Shown piece by piece: positions 51,755 through 61,537 of a stretch of 61,537 nucleotides of DNA. Position 1 is the first letter of the stretch, and each line of letters opens with the position of its first letter. The notes under the pieces were generated by a model that saw nothing but the letters and a program-made list of their open reading frames with translations, made no database searches and was not told the DNA's origin. The translations under genes and the position numbers were made by a program. Source of the DNA: Formosa sp. (GTDB lineage Bacteria; Bacteroidota; Bacteroidia; Flavobacteriales; Flavobacteriaceae); the NCBI GenBank assembly GCA_002698705.1, contig NZZM01000032.1, forward strand, positions 1 through 61,537. The letters run 5' to 3'.

Positions 51755-52831
51755 TTAAATTAAATCTGAATCAGATTTAAGTTTTTGTGTATTTTCTACA
51801 ACCATTAGCTCGTCAACTACTTTTTGTATATCTCCATTAATAATATTAGTTAAGTCGTAAAGTGTAAGTCCAATCCGATGATCCGTTACTCTTCCCTGAG
51901 GATAATTATAGGTCCTAATTTTAGCACTTCTGTCTCCTGAAGACACCATACTCTTTCTTTTTTCCGAATCAGCAGCTTGTTTTTTTGCTAATTCCATTTC
52001 ATATAGTCTAGACCGTAAAACTTTAAGTGCTTTTTCAAGATTTTTGTGGGAAGATTTTTGATCTTGACAGCTTACAATCATTCCTGTTGGTTCATGATGA
52101 AGTTTTATAGCTGAATAGGTGGTATTAACAGACTGACCTCCAGGTCCAGTAGACGTTGTACGCTCAATTCTTACTTCTGACATATCAAGTTCTAAATCAA
52201 ATTCTTCAGCTTCTGGTAATACAATTACAGAAGCAGCACTAGTATGTACACGGCCTTGTGTTTCAGTTTGAGGTACTCGCTGTACGCGATGTACACCAGC
52301 TTCAAATTTCATTGTGCCATAAACATCTGTACCAGAAACTTCAAATATAATCTCTTTAAAGCCACCAGATGTTCCTTCATTAAAGTTAACCACATCGACC
52401 TTCCACCCTTTTGATTCACAGTATTTTGTATACATTCTGTATAAATCACCTGCAAAAATACTTGCCTCGTCCCCACCTGTACCAGCACGAACTTCAACAA
52501 CAACGTTTTTAGAGTCTTCGGGGTCTTTAGGAACTAAAAGAAGTTTGATTTCCTCCTCTAGCTCTGGCAATTTCTGCTTTGCTTCTTCAAGTTGTGATTT
52601 AGCCAATTCAACCATCTCAGTTTCTGATCCATCTGTTATAATTTGTTGAGCTTCATTAATATTAGATATCAAAAGCTTATAAATATCGCCACGTTCTAAA
52701 ATTCTTTTTAAATCTTTGTATTCCTTATTTATTAAAATATAACGCTTTTGATCAGAAATAATATCTGGTTGGATGATGAGATCACTTACCTCATCAAATC
52801 GCTGTTTTATAATTTCAATTTTTTCTAACAT
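51755..52831 (-). CDS. prfA: Peptide chain release factor 1
   Basis: [19 protein letters not shown] (PxT), [18 protein letters not shown]. Confidence 0.96.
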   Translation of the reverse strand: MLEKIEIIKQRFDEVSDLIIQPDIISDQKRYILINKEYKDLKRILERGDIYKLLISNINEAQQIITDGSETEMVELAKSQLEEAKQKLPELEEEIKLLLVPKDPEDSKNVVVEVRAGTGGDEASIFAGDLYRMYTKYCESKGWKVDVVNFNEGTSGGFKEIIFEVSGTDVYGTMKFEAGVHRVQRVPQTETQGRVHTSAASVIVLPEAEEFDLELDMSEVRIERTTSTGPGGQSVNTTYSAIKLHHEPTGMIVSCQDQKSSHKNLEKALKVLRSRLYEMELAKKQAADSEKRKSMVSSGDRSAKIRTYNYPQGRVTDHRIGLTLYDLTNIINGDIQKVVDELMVVENTQKLKSDSDLI

Positions 52832-52887
52832 GAACAATCGCAGTTATTTGTAAAAATACAATATTTGACACGAATTAGAGATTGGCA

Positions 52888-54066
52888 CTAATAATCAAAA
52901 GTACCGTATTCACTTTTAATGGTTAACCTTTTTTCAAGAGAGGACTCAACACGTCCAATAATTTGAGCTTCTACATTAAATTTTGAAGCAATTTCAATAA
53001 TAGATTCAGCAACTTGTGCAGAAGCATATATTTCTAATCTATGACCGCAATTAAATACTTGATACATTTCTTTCCAATCGGTCTTAGACTGCTTTTGAAT
53101 CAATTTAAATAGCGGTGGAACCGAAAACATATTGTCCTTAATTATATGAAGTTTATCAATAAAGTGTAAAATTTTCGTTTGTGCACCTCCGCTACAATGC
53201 ACCATACCGTGGATCGTTTTGGAATTGTATTTTCTTAAAATTTCTTTAACAATTGGAGCATAGGTACGTGTTGGTGAAAGGACCAATTTTCCTGCATCTA
53301 AAGTTGTATTTTCAATCGCTTGAGTGAGTTGGATATTTCCTGAATAAACAAGTTCCTCGGGTACAGCAGGATCAAAAGTTTCAGGAAATTTTTGGGCAAT
53401 TTCTTTATCAAAAATATCGTGCCTTGCAGAAGTTAAACCATTACTTCCCATGCCTCCATTATATTCTTTTTCATAAGTAGCTTTTCCAAAAGAAGACAAT
53501 CCTACAATCAAATCACCTGCTTTAATATTAGCATTATCAATAACTGCACTGCGCTTCATTCTCGCTGTTACTGTAGAATCTACAATGATGGTTCTAACTA
53601 AGTCGCCAACATCAGCTGTTTCCCCCCCTGTAGAATGAATAGTTATTCCATAAGATTTTAGATCTTGAATTAATTCTTCTGTTCCATTAATGATAGTTGA
53701 AATAATCTCACCAGGAATTAGATTTTTGTTACGCCCTATTGTTGAGGATAACATAATATTATCTGTAGCACCTACACAAATTAAATCATCAATATTCATT
53801 ATTAGGGCGTCCTGAGCAATTCCCTTCCAAACAGATAAATCACCAGTTTCTCTCCAATACGCATAAGCCAAAGAACTTTTAGTACCTGCGCCGTCAGCAT
53901 GCATAATCAAGCAATAATCTGGATCTCCGCAAAGATAATCAGGGACAATCTTACAAAAAGCGCTAGGGAATAACCCCTTACTTATATTTTTAATCGCATT
54001 GTGAACTTCGGTTTTGGATGATGAAACACCTCGTTTAGCATATCGTTGGCTAGCCTCTTGACTCAT
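52888..54066 (-). CDS. purM: Phosphoribosylformylglycinamidine cyclo-ligase (AIR synthase)
   Basis: HADGAGTK, GGETADV, SNGLTSARH, LSPTRTY, VFNCGHR. Confidence 0.9.
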   Translation of the reverse strand: MSQEASQRYAKRGVSSSKTEVHNAIKNISKGLFPSAFCKIVPDYLCGDPDYCLIMHADGAGTKSSLAYAYWRETGDLSVWKGIAQDALIMNIDDLICVGATDNIMLSSTIGRNKNLIPGEIISTIINGTEELIQDLKSYGITIHSTGGETADVGDLVRTIIVDSTVTARMKRSAVIDNANIKAGDLIVGLSSFGKATYEKEYNGGMGSNGLTSARHDIFDKEIAQKFPETFDPAVPEELVYSGNIQLTQAIENTTLDAGKLVLSPTRTYAPIVKEILRKYNSKTIHGMVHCSGGAQTKILHFIDKLHIIKDNMFSVPPLFKLIQKQSKTDWKEMYQVFNCGHRLEIYASAQVAESIIEIASKFNVEAQIIGRVESSLEKRLTIKSEYGTFDY

Positions 54067-54101
54067 AAAAATTTATATTATTCAAATTTAATAAAGTATT
54101 T

Positions 54102-56288
54102 TTAAGTTGTAAAGAGAAGTTCTCTATATTTAGCCAAGGGCCATAACTCATCATCTATTAATAATTCAAGCTTATCACAACTATATCTAATTTTATCGAA
54201 CAAGGGTTTGACTTTGTTACAATAGGCTTGTGCTTTTTTTGTAGATTCTTCAATAATATTAGCCTTTTTTCGCTCATCAGTCATATTTGTAACCTCAGAA
54301 TTAATGGCTTCAATGTATTTTGATATATCCGAAATGAGAATTAACTGTTCACTTGCATATTTATTAAATTCCTTTCCATAAATATCTTTCAATCCGCGAA
54401 CATTATTTATTAATATATTTTGGTACTTGACAGCTGTGGGAATAATATGGTTTCTGGCAATATCGCCTAGGACTCTACCTTCAATTTGTATTCTATGTAT
54501 ATACTCTTCAAGTTCAATTTCATACCGCGCTTCAATTTCTATTTTATTCATTACATTCAAACACTTGTAAAGTTCTATAGTCTTTGGATCAATTTTCACC
54601 TTAAGTGCGTTTGGTGTATTTTTATTATTACTTAATCCTCTTTTTTTAGCTTCTTTTTTCCAAGACTCACCATATCCGTTGCCTTCAAAAAGAATAGCCT
54701 TTGATTTTTTGATATATTCTCTTAAAATATTAAATATAGCCTCATCTTTTTTAAGTCCTTTTTTGTCAATAAGTTCATCTGTTTCGGCTTTAAATTCAAT
54801 AAGCTGTTTAGCTACAATAGAATTTAAAACCGTCATTGGATTTGCACAATTAGCCATAGAACCAACTGCTCTAAATTCAAATTTATTTCCAGTAAAAGCG
54901 AATGGAGATGTACGGTTTCGATCAGTATTATCTAATAAAATTTCAGGAATTTTGCCAACCACGTTAAGCTTTAAATCAGTTTTTTCTTCAGGGGATAATT
55001 TTCCTTTAGTTACACCCTCAAGCTCGCCTAATACTTTAGTTAATTGTGCACCAATAAAAACAGACATGATTGCAGGTGGTGCTTCGTTAGCACCTAATCG
55101 GTGATCATTACTGGCTGACGCTATTGAAGCTCGTAAAAGCTCCTCGTTATCACAAACAGCTTTAATGGTATTGATGAAAAAAGTTAAAAATTGTAAATTA
55201 CTCATTGGAGTTTTTCCAGGTGCTAAAAGATTAACTCCTTGATCAGTTTTTAAACTCCAGTTATTATGTTTACCAGATCCATTGACGCCTGCAAAGGGTT
55301 TTTCATGAAATAATACCTTAAAATGATGACGCTCAGCTACCTTTTTCATTAAATCCATCAGTAAAGAATTATGATCTACAGCTAGATTTGCTTCTTCATA
55401 TATTGGAGCTAATTCAAACTGGTTAGGAGCCACTTCGTTATGGCGAGTTTTTACAGGAATCCCCAATAAAACAGACTCCATTTCTAAATCACGCATAAAA
55501 TTCAGAGCTCTAGTTGGAATAGTTCCAAAATAGTGGTCATCCAATTGTTGACCCTTAGCTGAAGAGTGGCCAAGAAGTGTACGGCCAGTTAATTCAATAT
55601 CAGGTCTGGAAATGGCTAAAGATTTATCTATTAGAAAATATTCTTGTTCCCATCCCAAAGATGCAGAAACTTTTCTGACATTTTTATCAAAATACCTTGC
55701 AACTAATGTAGCTGAGCTATCAACAGCATTCAAGGCACGTAATAAAGGAGTTTTATAATCAAGTGCCTCTCCAGTATAAGCAACAAAAACAGTAGGAATA
55801 CAAAGTGTAGAGCCAAAAATAAAAGCTGGAGATGTTGGGTCCCAAGCTGTATACCCTCTAGCCTCAAAAGTATTACGTATACCACCATTAGGAAAAGATG
55901 ACGCATCTGGCTCTTGTTGAACCAATTGCTTACCTTCAAATTGCTCGATACCTTGACCGCTATTAGTAATCTCAAAAAAAGCGTCGTGCTTTTCAGCAGT
56001 AGAGCCAGTTAGTGGTTGAAACCAATGAGTATAATGTGTAGCGTCTTTTGAGATAGCCCACTCTTTCATCGCTACAGCAATTTGATCAGCTATGTCTCTT
56101 TGAATGGTGTGATTTTTATTAATTGTTTCCAGTAATTTTTTATACGTTGTTTTGGCTAAAAAATTTTGCATTTTATGGATATCAAAAACGTTAGATCCAT
56201 ATATAGATGAGCGATTAATATCAACATCATATTTAACGGGTGTTCTATTCATAGATGTTTTAAGTGCATCAAATCTTAAAGTAGACAT
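54102..56288 (-). CDS. Glutamine synthetase type III
   Basis: 728 aa; THYTHWFQPLTG, EPDASSFP, GWEQEYF, HNEVAPNQFE, NGSGKHNNWS, RLGANEAPP, DRNRTSPFAFTGNKFEFR. Confidence 0.95.
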   Translation of the reverse strand: MSTLRFDALKTSMNRTPVKYDVDINRSSIYGSNVFDIHKMQNFLAKTTYKKLLETINKNHTIQRDIADQIAVAMKEWAISKDATHYTHWFQPLTGSTAEKHDAFFEITNSGQGIEQFEGKQLVQQEPDASSFPNGGIRNTFEARGYTAWDPTSPAFIFGSTLCIPTVFVAYTGEALDYKTPLLRALNAVDSSATLVARYFDKNVRKVSASLGWEQEYFLIDKSLAISRPDIELTGRTLLGHSSAKGQQLDDHYFGTIPTRALNFMRDLEMESVLLGIPVKTRHNEVAPNQFELAPIYEEANLAVDHNSLLMDLMKKVAERHHFKVLFHEKPFAGVNGSGKHNNWSLKTDQGVNLLAPGKTPMSNLQFLTFFINTIKAVCDNEELLRASIASASNDHRLGANEAPPAIMSVFIGAQLTKVLGELEGVTKGKLSPEEKTDLKLNVVGKIPEILLDNTDRNRTSPFAFTGNKFEFRAVGSMANCANPMTVLNSIVAKQLIEFKAETDELIDKKGLKKDEAIFNILREYIKKSKAILFEGNGYGESWKKEAKKRGLSNNKNTPNALKVKIDPKTIELYKCLNVMNKIEIEARYEIELEEYIHRIQIEGRVLGDIARNHIIPTAVKYQNILINNVRGLKDIYGKEFNKYASEQLILISDISKYIEAINSEVTNMTDERKKANIIEESTKKAQAYCNKVKPLFDKIRYSCDKLELLIDDELWPLAKYRELLFTT

Positions 56289-56412
56289 AATTTTATGATT
56301 AAAATATTAAGCTAATTTAAACTTTAAGTGAGTGAAAATTGGTTTCAAACTAATAATTTATTAACAATACTTAGATTAAACCAATTAAAATTTAAGAATT
56401 ATTTGATTTAAC

Positions 56413-56428
56413 CCCTAAATAAATAGGG
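56413..56428. promoter_or_regulatory. Palindromic candidate operator CCCTA-N6-TAGGG between divergent glutamine synthetases
   Basis: cccta-aataaa-taggg; a further CCCTA half-site at 56465-56469. Confidence 0.45.
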
Positions 56429-56538
56429 TATACATAAAAAATGGGTGCTTGTTAATAAAATAAACCCTAATATAATGAGCTTAATTTACCATATTTATAT
56501 ATTTATAGATATTTTTATTAATCAATTAATTTTTTATT

Positions 56539-57546
56539 ATGGCAAAATCCAAACTTGAATATCTATGGCTTGATGGTTATAAACCAACATCAAACCTTAG
56601 AGGAAAAACTAAAATTGTTAATGATTTTAGTGGTAGATTAGAAGACTGTCCGATGTGGGCATTTGATGGAAGTTCAACTAGACAAGCAGAAGGTGGTTCA
56701 TCAGATTGTTTATTAAAACCTGTTGCTCTATACCCTGATCCAGTGAGAAGAAATGGATGGATTGTCATGAACGAAGTATTAAACCCAGATGGTTCTCCAC
56801 ATGAATCAAACGGGAGAGCAACTATTGATGACAATGACGATGATTTTTGGTTCGGATTTGAGCAAGAATATTTCTTATGGGATACAGATACAAATCTTCC
56901 ATTAGGTTTCCCAAAAGATCAAACTCCTCAAGGACAATTTTATTGCTCTGTTGGAGGTGCAAACGCATTTGGTAGAGAAATTATGGACAGACATCTTGAT
57001 ATTTGCATTGATGCCGGAATTAATATTGAAGGAACAAATGCTGAAGTAGCAGCAGGCCAATGGGAATTTCAATGTTTTGCTAAGGGAGCTGCAAAAGCGG
57101 GCGATGAAATATGGGTAGCAAGATATTTTCTTGAAAGATTAGCTGAAGAATATGCTATAAAAATTGATTACCACCCAAAACCTCTTGGTGCAACTGATTG
57201 GAATGGCTCAGGAATGCATGCAAATTTTTCAAATACAACTTTAAGAACTTGTGGTTCGAAAGAAACCTATGAGAAAATTTGTGAATCTTTTAGACCTGTT
57301 GTTAAAGAGCACATTGAAGTGTATGGAGCATACAATGATCAAAGATTAACCGGTGACCATGAAACACAGTCCATTCACGAATTTAGTTATGGTGTTTCTG
57401 ACAGAGGAGCATCAATCAGAATCCCGATTATGACAGTTGAACAAGGATACAAAGGTTGGCTAGAAGATAGACGCCCAGCATCAAACGGGGACCCATACAA
57501 AATTGCAGCTCGCATAATAAAAACAGTTAAAACTGCCGACATCTAA
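56539..57546 (+). CDS. Glutamine synthetase type II (GlnII-like)
   Basis: 335 aa; LEYLWLDG, WAFDGSST, WFGFEQEY, NAEVAAGQWEFQ, DWNGSGMHANFS, RGASIRIP, LEDRRPASNGDPY. Confidence 0.93.
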   Translation: MAKSKLEYLWLDGYKPTSNLRGKTKIVNDFSGRLEDCPMWAFDGSSTRQAEGGSSDCLLKPVALYPDPVRRNGWIVMNEVLNPDGSPHESNGRATIDDNDDDFWFGFEQEYFLWDTDTNLPLGFPKDQTPQGQFYCSVGGANAFGREIMDRHLDICIDAGINIEGTNAEVAAGQWEFQCFAKGAAKAGDEIWVARYFLERLAEEYAIKIDYHPKPLGATDWNGSGMHANFSNTTLRTCGSKETYEKICESFRPVVKEHIEVYGAYNDQRLTGDHETQSIHEFSYGVSDRGASIRIPIMTVEQGYKGWLEDRRPASNGDPYKIAARIIKTVKTADI

Positions 57547-57572
57547 CAACTAATTAATAACAATTCTATTTT

Positions 57573-57604
57573 AAGCGGTTGTAAATTGTACAACCGCTTT
57601 TTTT
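57573..57604 (+). terminator. Rho-independent terminator after the GSII gene
   Basis: aagcggttgta-aattg-tacaaccgctt followed by a T run. Confidence 0.88.
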
Positions 57605-57635
57605 ATTTTTAATGAACATTGTAAATTCTTAAAAA

Positions 57636-58928
57636 TTATATATCCCAAGAGATATTACTAATAGCTGAAATTGTGAAATTAAGATCATCGTATGACAAAG
57701 CATCAGTAATAAACCAGCTTTCAAAAGCGCTAGGAGGAATATAAATTCCCGAATCCAACATTGAGTGAAAAAAGTGCTTGAAACGATTATTGTTAGCATT
57801 TGTTGCGGTTTCAAAATCTGTAACTGGAATATTAGAAAAGTGAACAGAAATCATAGAACCAACTCTATTTATAGTATGTTCAATTTTTGAAGTGTTTAAT
57901 GCTTTGGAAATCCCCTTATGTAAATATTCTGTTTTTTTGGCTAGCCGATTATAAACTCCATCATCAGAATTCAAAGCACTCAAAAGTGTGTAACCAGCTG
58001 ACATAGCTAAGGGATTTCCGCTGAGGGTACCTGCTTGATAGATAGGGCCATCAGGAGCTAAATAGGACATGATTTCTTCTCTAGAAGCAAAAGCTCCAAC
58101 AGGCAAACCTCCTCCAATAACTTTACCAAAACAAACTATATCCGCGGAAACATTTGACAATTGTTGTACACCTCCTTTTGCTAGTCTAAAACCTGTCATT
58201 ACTTCATCAAAAATAAGTAATGCATTGTGCTGATTGCATAAATCTCTAAGTCCTTCTAAAAATCCAGGGTTTGGAGGAATACAACCCATATTACCAGCTA
58301 CAGGCTCTACAATAACTGCAGCGATTTTATTTTGATTTATTTTAAAAATTTCATTAACTGCCTCTAAATTATTATAAGGAGCCAATAACGTATCCTTTGC
58401 AGTACCCTCAGTAACTCCAGGACTACTAGGGCTACCAAAAGTAACAGCACCACTTCCTGCTTGAATTAAAAAAGAATCTGAATGACCATGATAACATCCT
58501 TTAAACTTCACGATTTTTTCCTTAGCTGAAAAACCTCTAGCCAATCGAACAGCGCTCATACAAGCTTCAGTTCCAGAGTTCACAAATCTAATTTTATCAA
58601 TACTTGGCACCATAGAAACAACCAACTCAGCAATTTTTGTTTCAATTTCAGTTGGCATCCCAAAAGATGTTCCTTTTTTTGCTTTTTCAATTAAAGCATC
58701 TACTACAGGTTTAAAGGCATGCCCTAAAATCATAGGTCCCCAAGAATTTATAAAATCAATAAATCGATTTCCATCTTCATCATACAAGTAAGCTCCTTGA
58801 GCGTTTCTAACAAAAATTGGAGTACCCCCAACAGCTTTAAAGGCTCTAACTGGCGAATTAACTCCACCAGGAATGACAGACTTAGCTTGTTTGAATAATT
58901 GACTGCTTCTTTGGTATTTCATAAACAT
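57636..58928 (-). CDS. hemL: Glutamate-1-semialdehyde 2,1-aminomutase
   Basis: [51 protein letters not shown]; start may be 58922. Confidence 0.96.
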   Translation of the reverse strand: MFMKYQRSSQLFKQAKSVIPGGVNSPVRAFKAVGGTPIFVRNAQGAYLYDEDGNRFIDFINSWGPMILGHAFKPVVDALIEKAKKGTSFGMPTEIETKIAELVVSMVPSIDKIRFVNSGTEACMSAVRLARGFSAKEKIVKFKGCYHGHSDSFLIQAGSGAVTFGSPSSPGVTEGTAKDTLLAPYNNLEAVNEIFKINQNKIAAVIVEPVAGNMGCIPPNPGFLEGLRDLCNQHNALLIFDEVMTGFRLAKGGVQQLSNVSADIVCFGKVIGGGLPVGAFASREEIMSYLAPDGPIYQAGTLSGNPLAMSAGYTLLSALNSDDGVYNRLAKKTEYLHKGISKALNTSKIEHTINRVGSMISVHFSNIPVTDFETATNANNNRFKHFFHSMLDSGIYIPPSAFESWFITDALSYDDLNFTISAISNISWDI

Positions 58929-59704
58929 TAATTTGATATAATTATTAGTGTTTGACCTATACTTAATTCATTAGAATTTAATTTATTCACCGATTTTAAA
59001 TATTCAACTGTCGTATTATAAAACTTTGAAATTGAATATAAGGTATCCCCTTTTTTAACTTTATGGCTTATGTGTTTTTTAGTCATTTGAATATTATTTT
59101 TAATCTTTGTATCATAAATATCGTATCGATTTAACTTGTAACGTTCTATAATACTAATAATCTTTTGGGGATATTTGGGGTCTGTAGCATAACCTGCTTT
59201 TTTAAGACCTTTAGCCCAAGCTTTATAATCCGTAGACTTATATTTAAATAAATTACTGTAACGCTTTCTATTAATAAGAAATAAAGAATGATCCCGATAA
59301 GACTCATTAGGGTCGTTATATTTTCTAAAACACTCCTGAGAAAGATCATCGTCGTGGTAAATTCGTGGGCCAGTCCAGTCATGACACTTAATACCAAAAT
59401 GATTATTTGCTTCTCTCGCCAAACGACCTTTACCAGAACCAGATTCTAAAATCCCTTGCGCCAGTGTGATACTGGCTGGAATACCATAAAGTTTCATCTC
59501 ATGAATAGCTTTGGATTTAAAAAAAGTAATGTACTGGTCTGTAGAATTATAATTAGGCTTAGAAATAACAGAAGAGCTATTAGGTATTTTTGATATCGGA
59601 ATATTAACACTTGAATTAATATTAACTGAGCTACGTACTCTTTTTCTGGCACCACAACTAGAGAAAAAAAACAGCACTAAAAAAAATAATAAAATTCGTT
59701 TCAT
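58928..59704 (-). CDS. Glucosaminidase (GH73) plus LysM peptidoglycan hydrolase lipoprotein
   Basis: Lipobox FSSC; [31 protein letters not shown]; C-terminal Lys[14 protein letters not shown]. Confidence 0.92.
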   Translation of the reverse strand: MKRILLFFLVLFFFSSCGARKRVRSSVNINSSVNIPISKIPNSSSVISKPNYNSTDQYITFFKSKAIHEMKLYGIPASITLAQGILESGSGKGRLAREANNHFGIKCHDWTGPRIYHDDDLSQECFRKYNDPNESYRDHSLFLINRKRYSNLFKYKSTDYKAWAKGLKKAGYATDPKYPQKIISIIERYKLNRYDIYDTKIKNNIQMTKKHISHKVKKGDTLYSISKFYNTTVEYLKSVNKLNSNELSIGQTLIIISN

Positions 59705-60591
59705 ATGATCAAATTTAAATTATTGCTTTTTAAGTATTGATTCATTCCTTCTATTCCTTGTTGACCCCCAGTGTGGATAACTAACACCTTATCTTTATCA
59801 GAAATAACCCCTTTGGATATTAAATCAAAAACTCCATACATCATTTTACCAGTATAAATAGGGTCTAAAGCAATATTAAACTCTAATTTAAATTCATTTA
59901 TAAATTTGATAAGTTCTAAATTCACCTTTGCATAACCACCCATATGATAATCTTGGCATAACTCCCAATTAGACCTTTTCACAAATTTACAAATATCCTG
60001 CTTTAAAAAAGTACCTTTTAAGGCCGTAAATCCTATTATTTTTTGATGTGGAAAGCTTGAATTTATAATTCCTGATAAAGTGCCTCCTGTTCCCACACTG
60101 CAGCAAACAATATCAAAAATTTTATCTTGATAATCTAAAATCTCTTCGCATCCTTTAATAGCTAATTCATTTGTACCGCCCTCTGGAATAATATAATAAT
60201 TAGGGTACTTATCCCTTAAATATAAATTAAAAAAATCGTCATGTCTGTTCCTATAATCCTGTCGAGTGACAAAATCAAGATTCATTCCACATTTTCGAGC
60301 ATATAGTAATGTTGGATTTAATTCAATTTTATTGGAAACCTCTAAACCTCTTATGATTCCAATGGTTGGGAATCCGAAAGCTTTACCCGCTGCTGCAGTT
60401 GCTGAAATATGATTGGAATATGCGCCTCCAAATGTTAATATACCTTCAAAATCACCTGATTGAAATCTTTCAAGATTATATTTTAATTTCCTAAACTTAT
60501 TTCCAGATACTGTATCATGAATTTTATATTCAGGCTTTAAAAAAATTTGGGAGGTTAATTGAATATTTTCAATAGAATTTAATTTTAGCAT
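59701..60591 (-). CDS. ACC deaminase / D-cysteine desulfhydrase family PLP enzyme
   Basis: SGNKFRKL, TFGGAYSNH, IPEGG, GTGGT, LDPIYTGK, IHTGG. Confidence 0.88.
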   Translation of the reverse strand: MLKLNSIENIQLTSQIFLKPEYKIHDTVSGNKFRKLKYNLERFQSGDFEGILTFGGAYSNHISATAAAGKAFGFPTIGIIRGLEVSNKIELNPTLLYARKCGMNLDFVTRQDYRNRHDDFFNLYLRDKYPNYYIIPEGGTNELAIKGCEEILDYQDKIFDIVCCSVGTGGTLSGIINSSFPHQKIIGFTALKGTFLKQDICKFVKRSNWELCQDYHMGGYAKVNLELIKFINEFKLEFNIALDPIYTGKMMYGVFDLISKGVISDKDKVLVIHTGGQQGIEGMNQYLKSNNLNLII

Positions 60592-60683
60592 TAATAAATG
60601 ATATAATTCTTATGAACGTAAAAATAAAAAACCTCTAGGTATTTAGATCTTATTTATAGATTATTTTATTCTATAAATTACTC

Positions 60684-60691
60684 TATATTTG
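60684..60691 (+). promoter_or_regulatory. Bacteroidota -7 promoter element, probably for hutU
   Basis: TATATTTG about 137 bp upstream of the hutU start. Confidence 0.5.
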
Positions 60692-60827
60692 TGAAAAATT
60701 AAATATCAAACTTAGCTTAATTACACACAATATTAGATGTTAAATAAAGTCTCAACTGTTATAATTTAAACTAAAAATCTAATTACTAAATACACAATTC
60801 AAATATTTATTCTCACAACAAACTCTC

Positions 60828-61537
60828 ATGAGTATGCAGATTAAAAGTTTTCAAGAAGAAATAATGGAAGGTATACCAAACAAACTTCCTACATTTAAAC
60901 CATTCGATGAAAGTTATAACCACGCCCCAAAAAGAAAATCAATCTTAAATAAAAAAGAACAAAAGCTTGCATTGAGAAACGCTCTGCGTTATTTCGACGA
61001 GTCATTTCACAAGATATTAATTAAAGAATTTAAAGATGAATTAGATAATTACGGACGGATTTATATGTATCGTTTTCGGCCAAAAAATAAAATCTATGCC
61101 CGTTCTATCGATTCATATCCTGCCAATAGTAAACAAGCAGCAGCTGTAATGTTAATGATTCAAAACAATTTAGATGATGCTGTAGCACAACATCCACACG
61201 AGCTTATTACATATGGAGGTAATGGAGGAGTTTTTTCTAATTGGGCGCAATATCGCTTAACTATGAAGTATTTGTCAGAAATGAATAATCAGCAAACTTT
61301 AGTTATGTCATCTGGGCATCCCATGGGACTATTCCCTTCTCATGAAGATGCACCAAGAGTGGTAGTAACAAATGGAATGATGATTCCAAATTATTCACAA
61401 CCCGACGATTGGGAAAAATATAATGCTTTGGGTGTAACCCAATTTGGACAGATGACAGCAGGAAGTTATATGTATATTGGTCCTCAAGGTATTGTACATG
61501 GTACGACAATCACCATACTAAATGCATTTAGAAAAAT
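60828..61537 (+). CDS. hutU: Urocanate hydratase, 5' part (runs off the window; absent from the ORF track)
   Basis: Manual translation MSMQIKSFQEEIMEGIP...NHAPKRK...ALRNALRYF...GRIYMYRF...QHPHELITYGGNG...SGHPMGLF...GQMTAGSYMYIGPQGIVHGT. Confidence 0.93.
   Translation, partial: MSMQIKSFQEEIMEGIPNKLPTFKPFDESYNHAPKRKSILNKKEQKLALRNALRYFDESFHKILIKEFKDELDNYGRIYMYRFRPKNKIYARSIDSYPANSKQAAAVMLMIQNNLDDAVAQHPHELITYGGNGGVFSNWAQYRLTMKYLSEMNNQQTLVMSSGHPMGLFPSHEDAPRVVVTNGMMIPNYSQPDDWEKYNALGVTQFGQMTAGSYMYIGPQGIVHGTTITILNAFRK

Noticed and set aside
52883-52897. TGGCAC at the purM/prfA junction
   Set aside because: No TTG at the -12 position, and it points antisense into purM.
59701-60591. True ACC deaminase (plant-interaction trait)
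   Set aside because: Only family-level motifs are visible; this short Bacteroidota type cannot be assigned ACC deaminase activity from sequence.
61303-61509. 68 aa minus-strand ORF
   Set aside because: Antisense to the urocanate hydratase reading frame that runs off the window.
1-61537. CRISPR arrays, IS elements, prophage, rRNA or defence systems
   Set aside because: No regularly spaced repeats, transposase, phage or rRNA-like sequence seen; nearly all space is taken by recognisable housekeeping genes.

Overview
A 61.5 kb, AT-rich, densely packed core-genome segment of a Bacteroidota bacterium. It is most likely a streamlined Flavobacteriaceae member, judged from the TAnnTTTG promoters, DUF3467 after rpoC, the rpsU-xerC-tRNA-tuf arrangement and the divergent GSIII/GSII pair. 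It carries htpG, alkB-like, queD/idi, prfC, the tRNA(Thr,Tyr,Gly,Thr)-tuf-tRNA(Trp)-secE-nusG-rplKAJL-rpoBC cluster, xerC, rpsU, transport and envelope genes, a small LPS/glycan-modification cluster (2 GT2, GT4, phosphoethanolamine transferase, Wzx), typA, kdsA, grpE-dnaJ, ilvE, crcB, pyrF, prfA, purM, two glutamine synthetases, hemL and the 5' part of hutU. I found no mobile element, prophage or CRISPR array. The most interesting signals are non-coding or sub-gene. (1) An unannotated ~85 nt minus-strand transcription unit at ~2843-2928 has a near-consensus sigma54 promoter, a 5' hairpin, an exposed UUGGUUGGUUAG segment and an intrinsic terminator, making it a candidate sigma54-dependent sRNA. 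(2) An identically spaced TGWCA-N3-TGWCA-N12-TGG-N8-TTG module precedes both htpG and grpE-dnaJ, suggesting a sigma54 heat-shock regulon with an unknown factor. (3) An intact M28 peptidase ORF has lost two predicted zinc ligands plus the HxD aspartate. (4) A K+ channel has an altered selectivity filter. (5) A palindrome lies between the two glutamine synthetases. (6) A strong Shine-Dalgarno sequence precedes rpsU. All family assignments are by motif recognition; no database searches were run.
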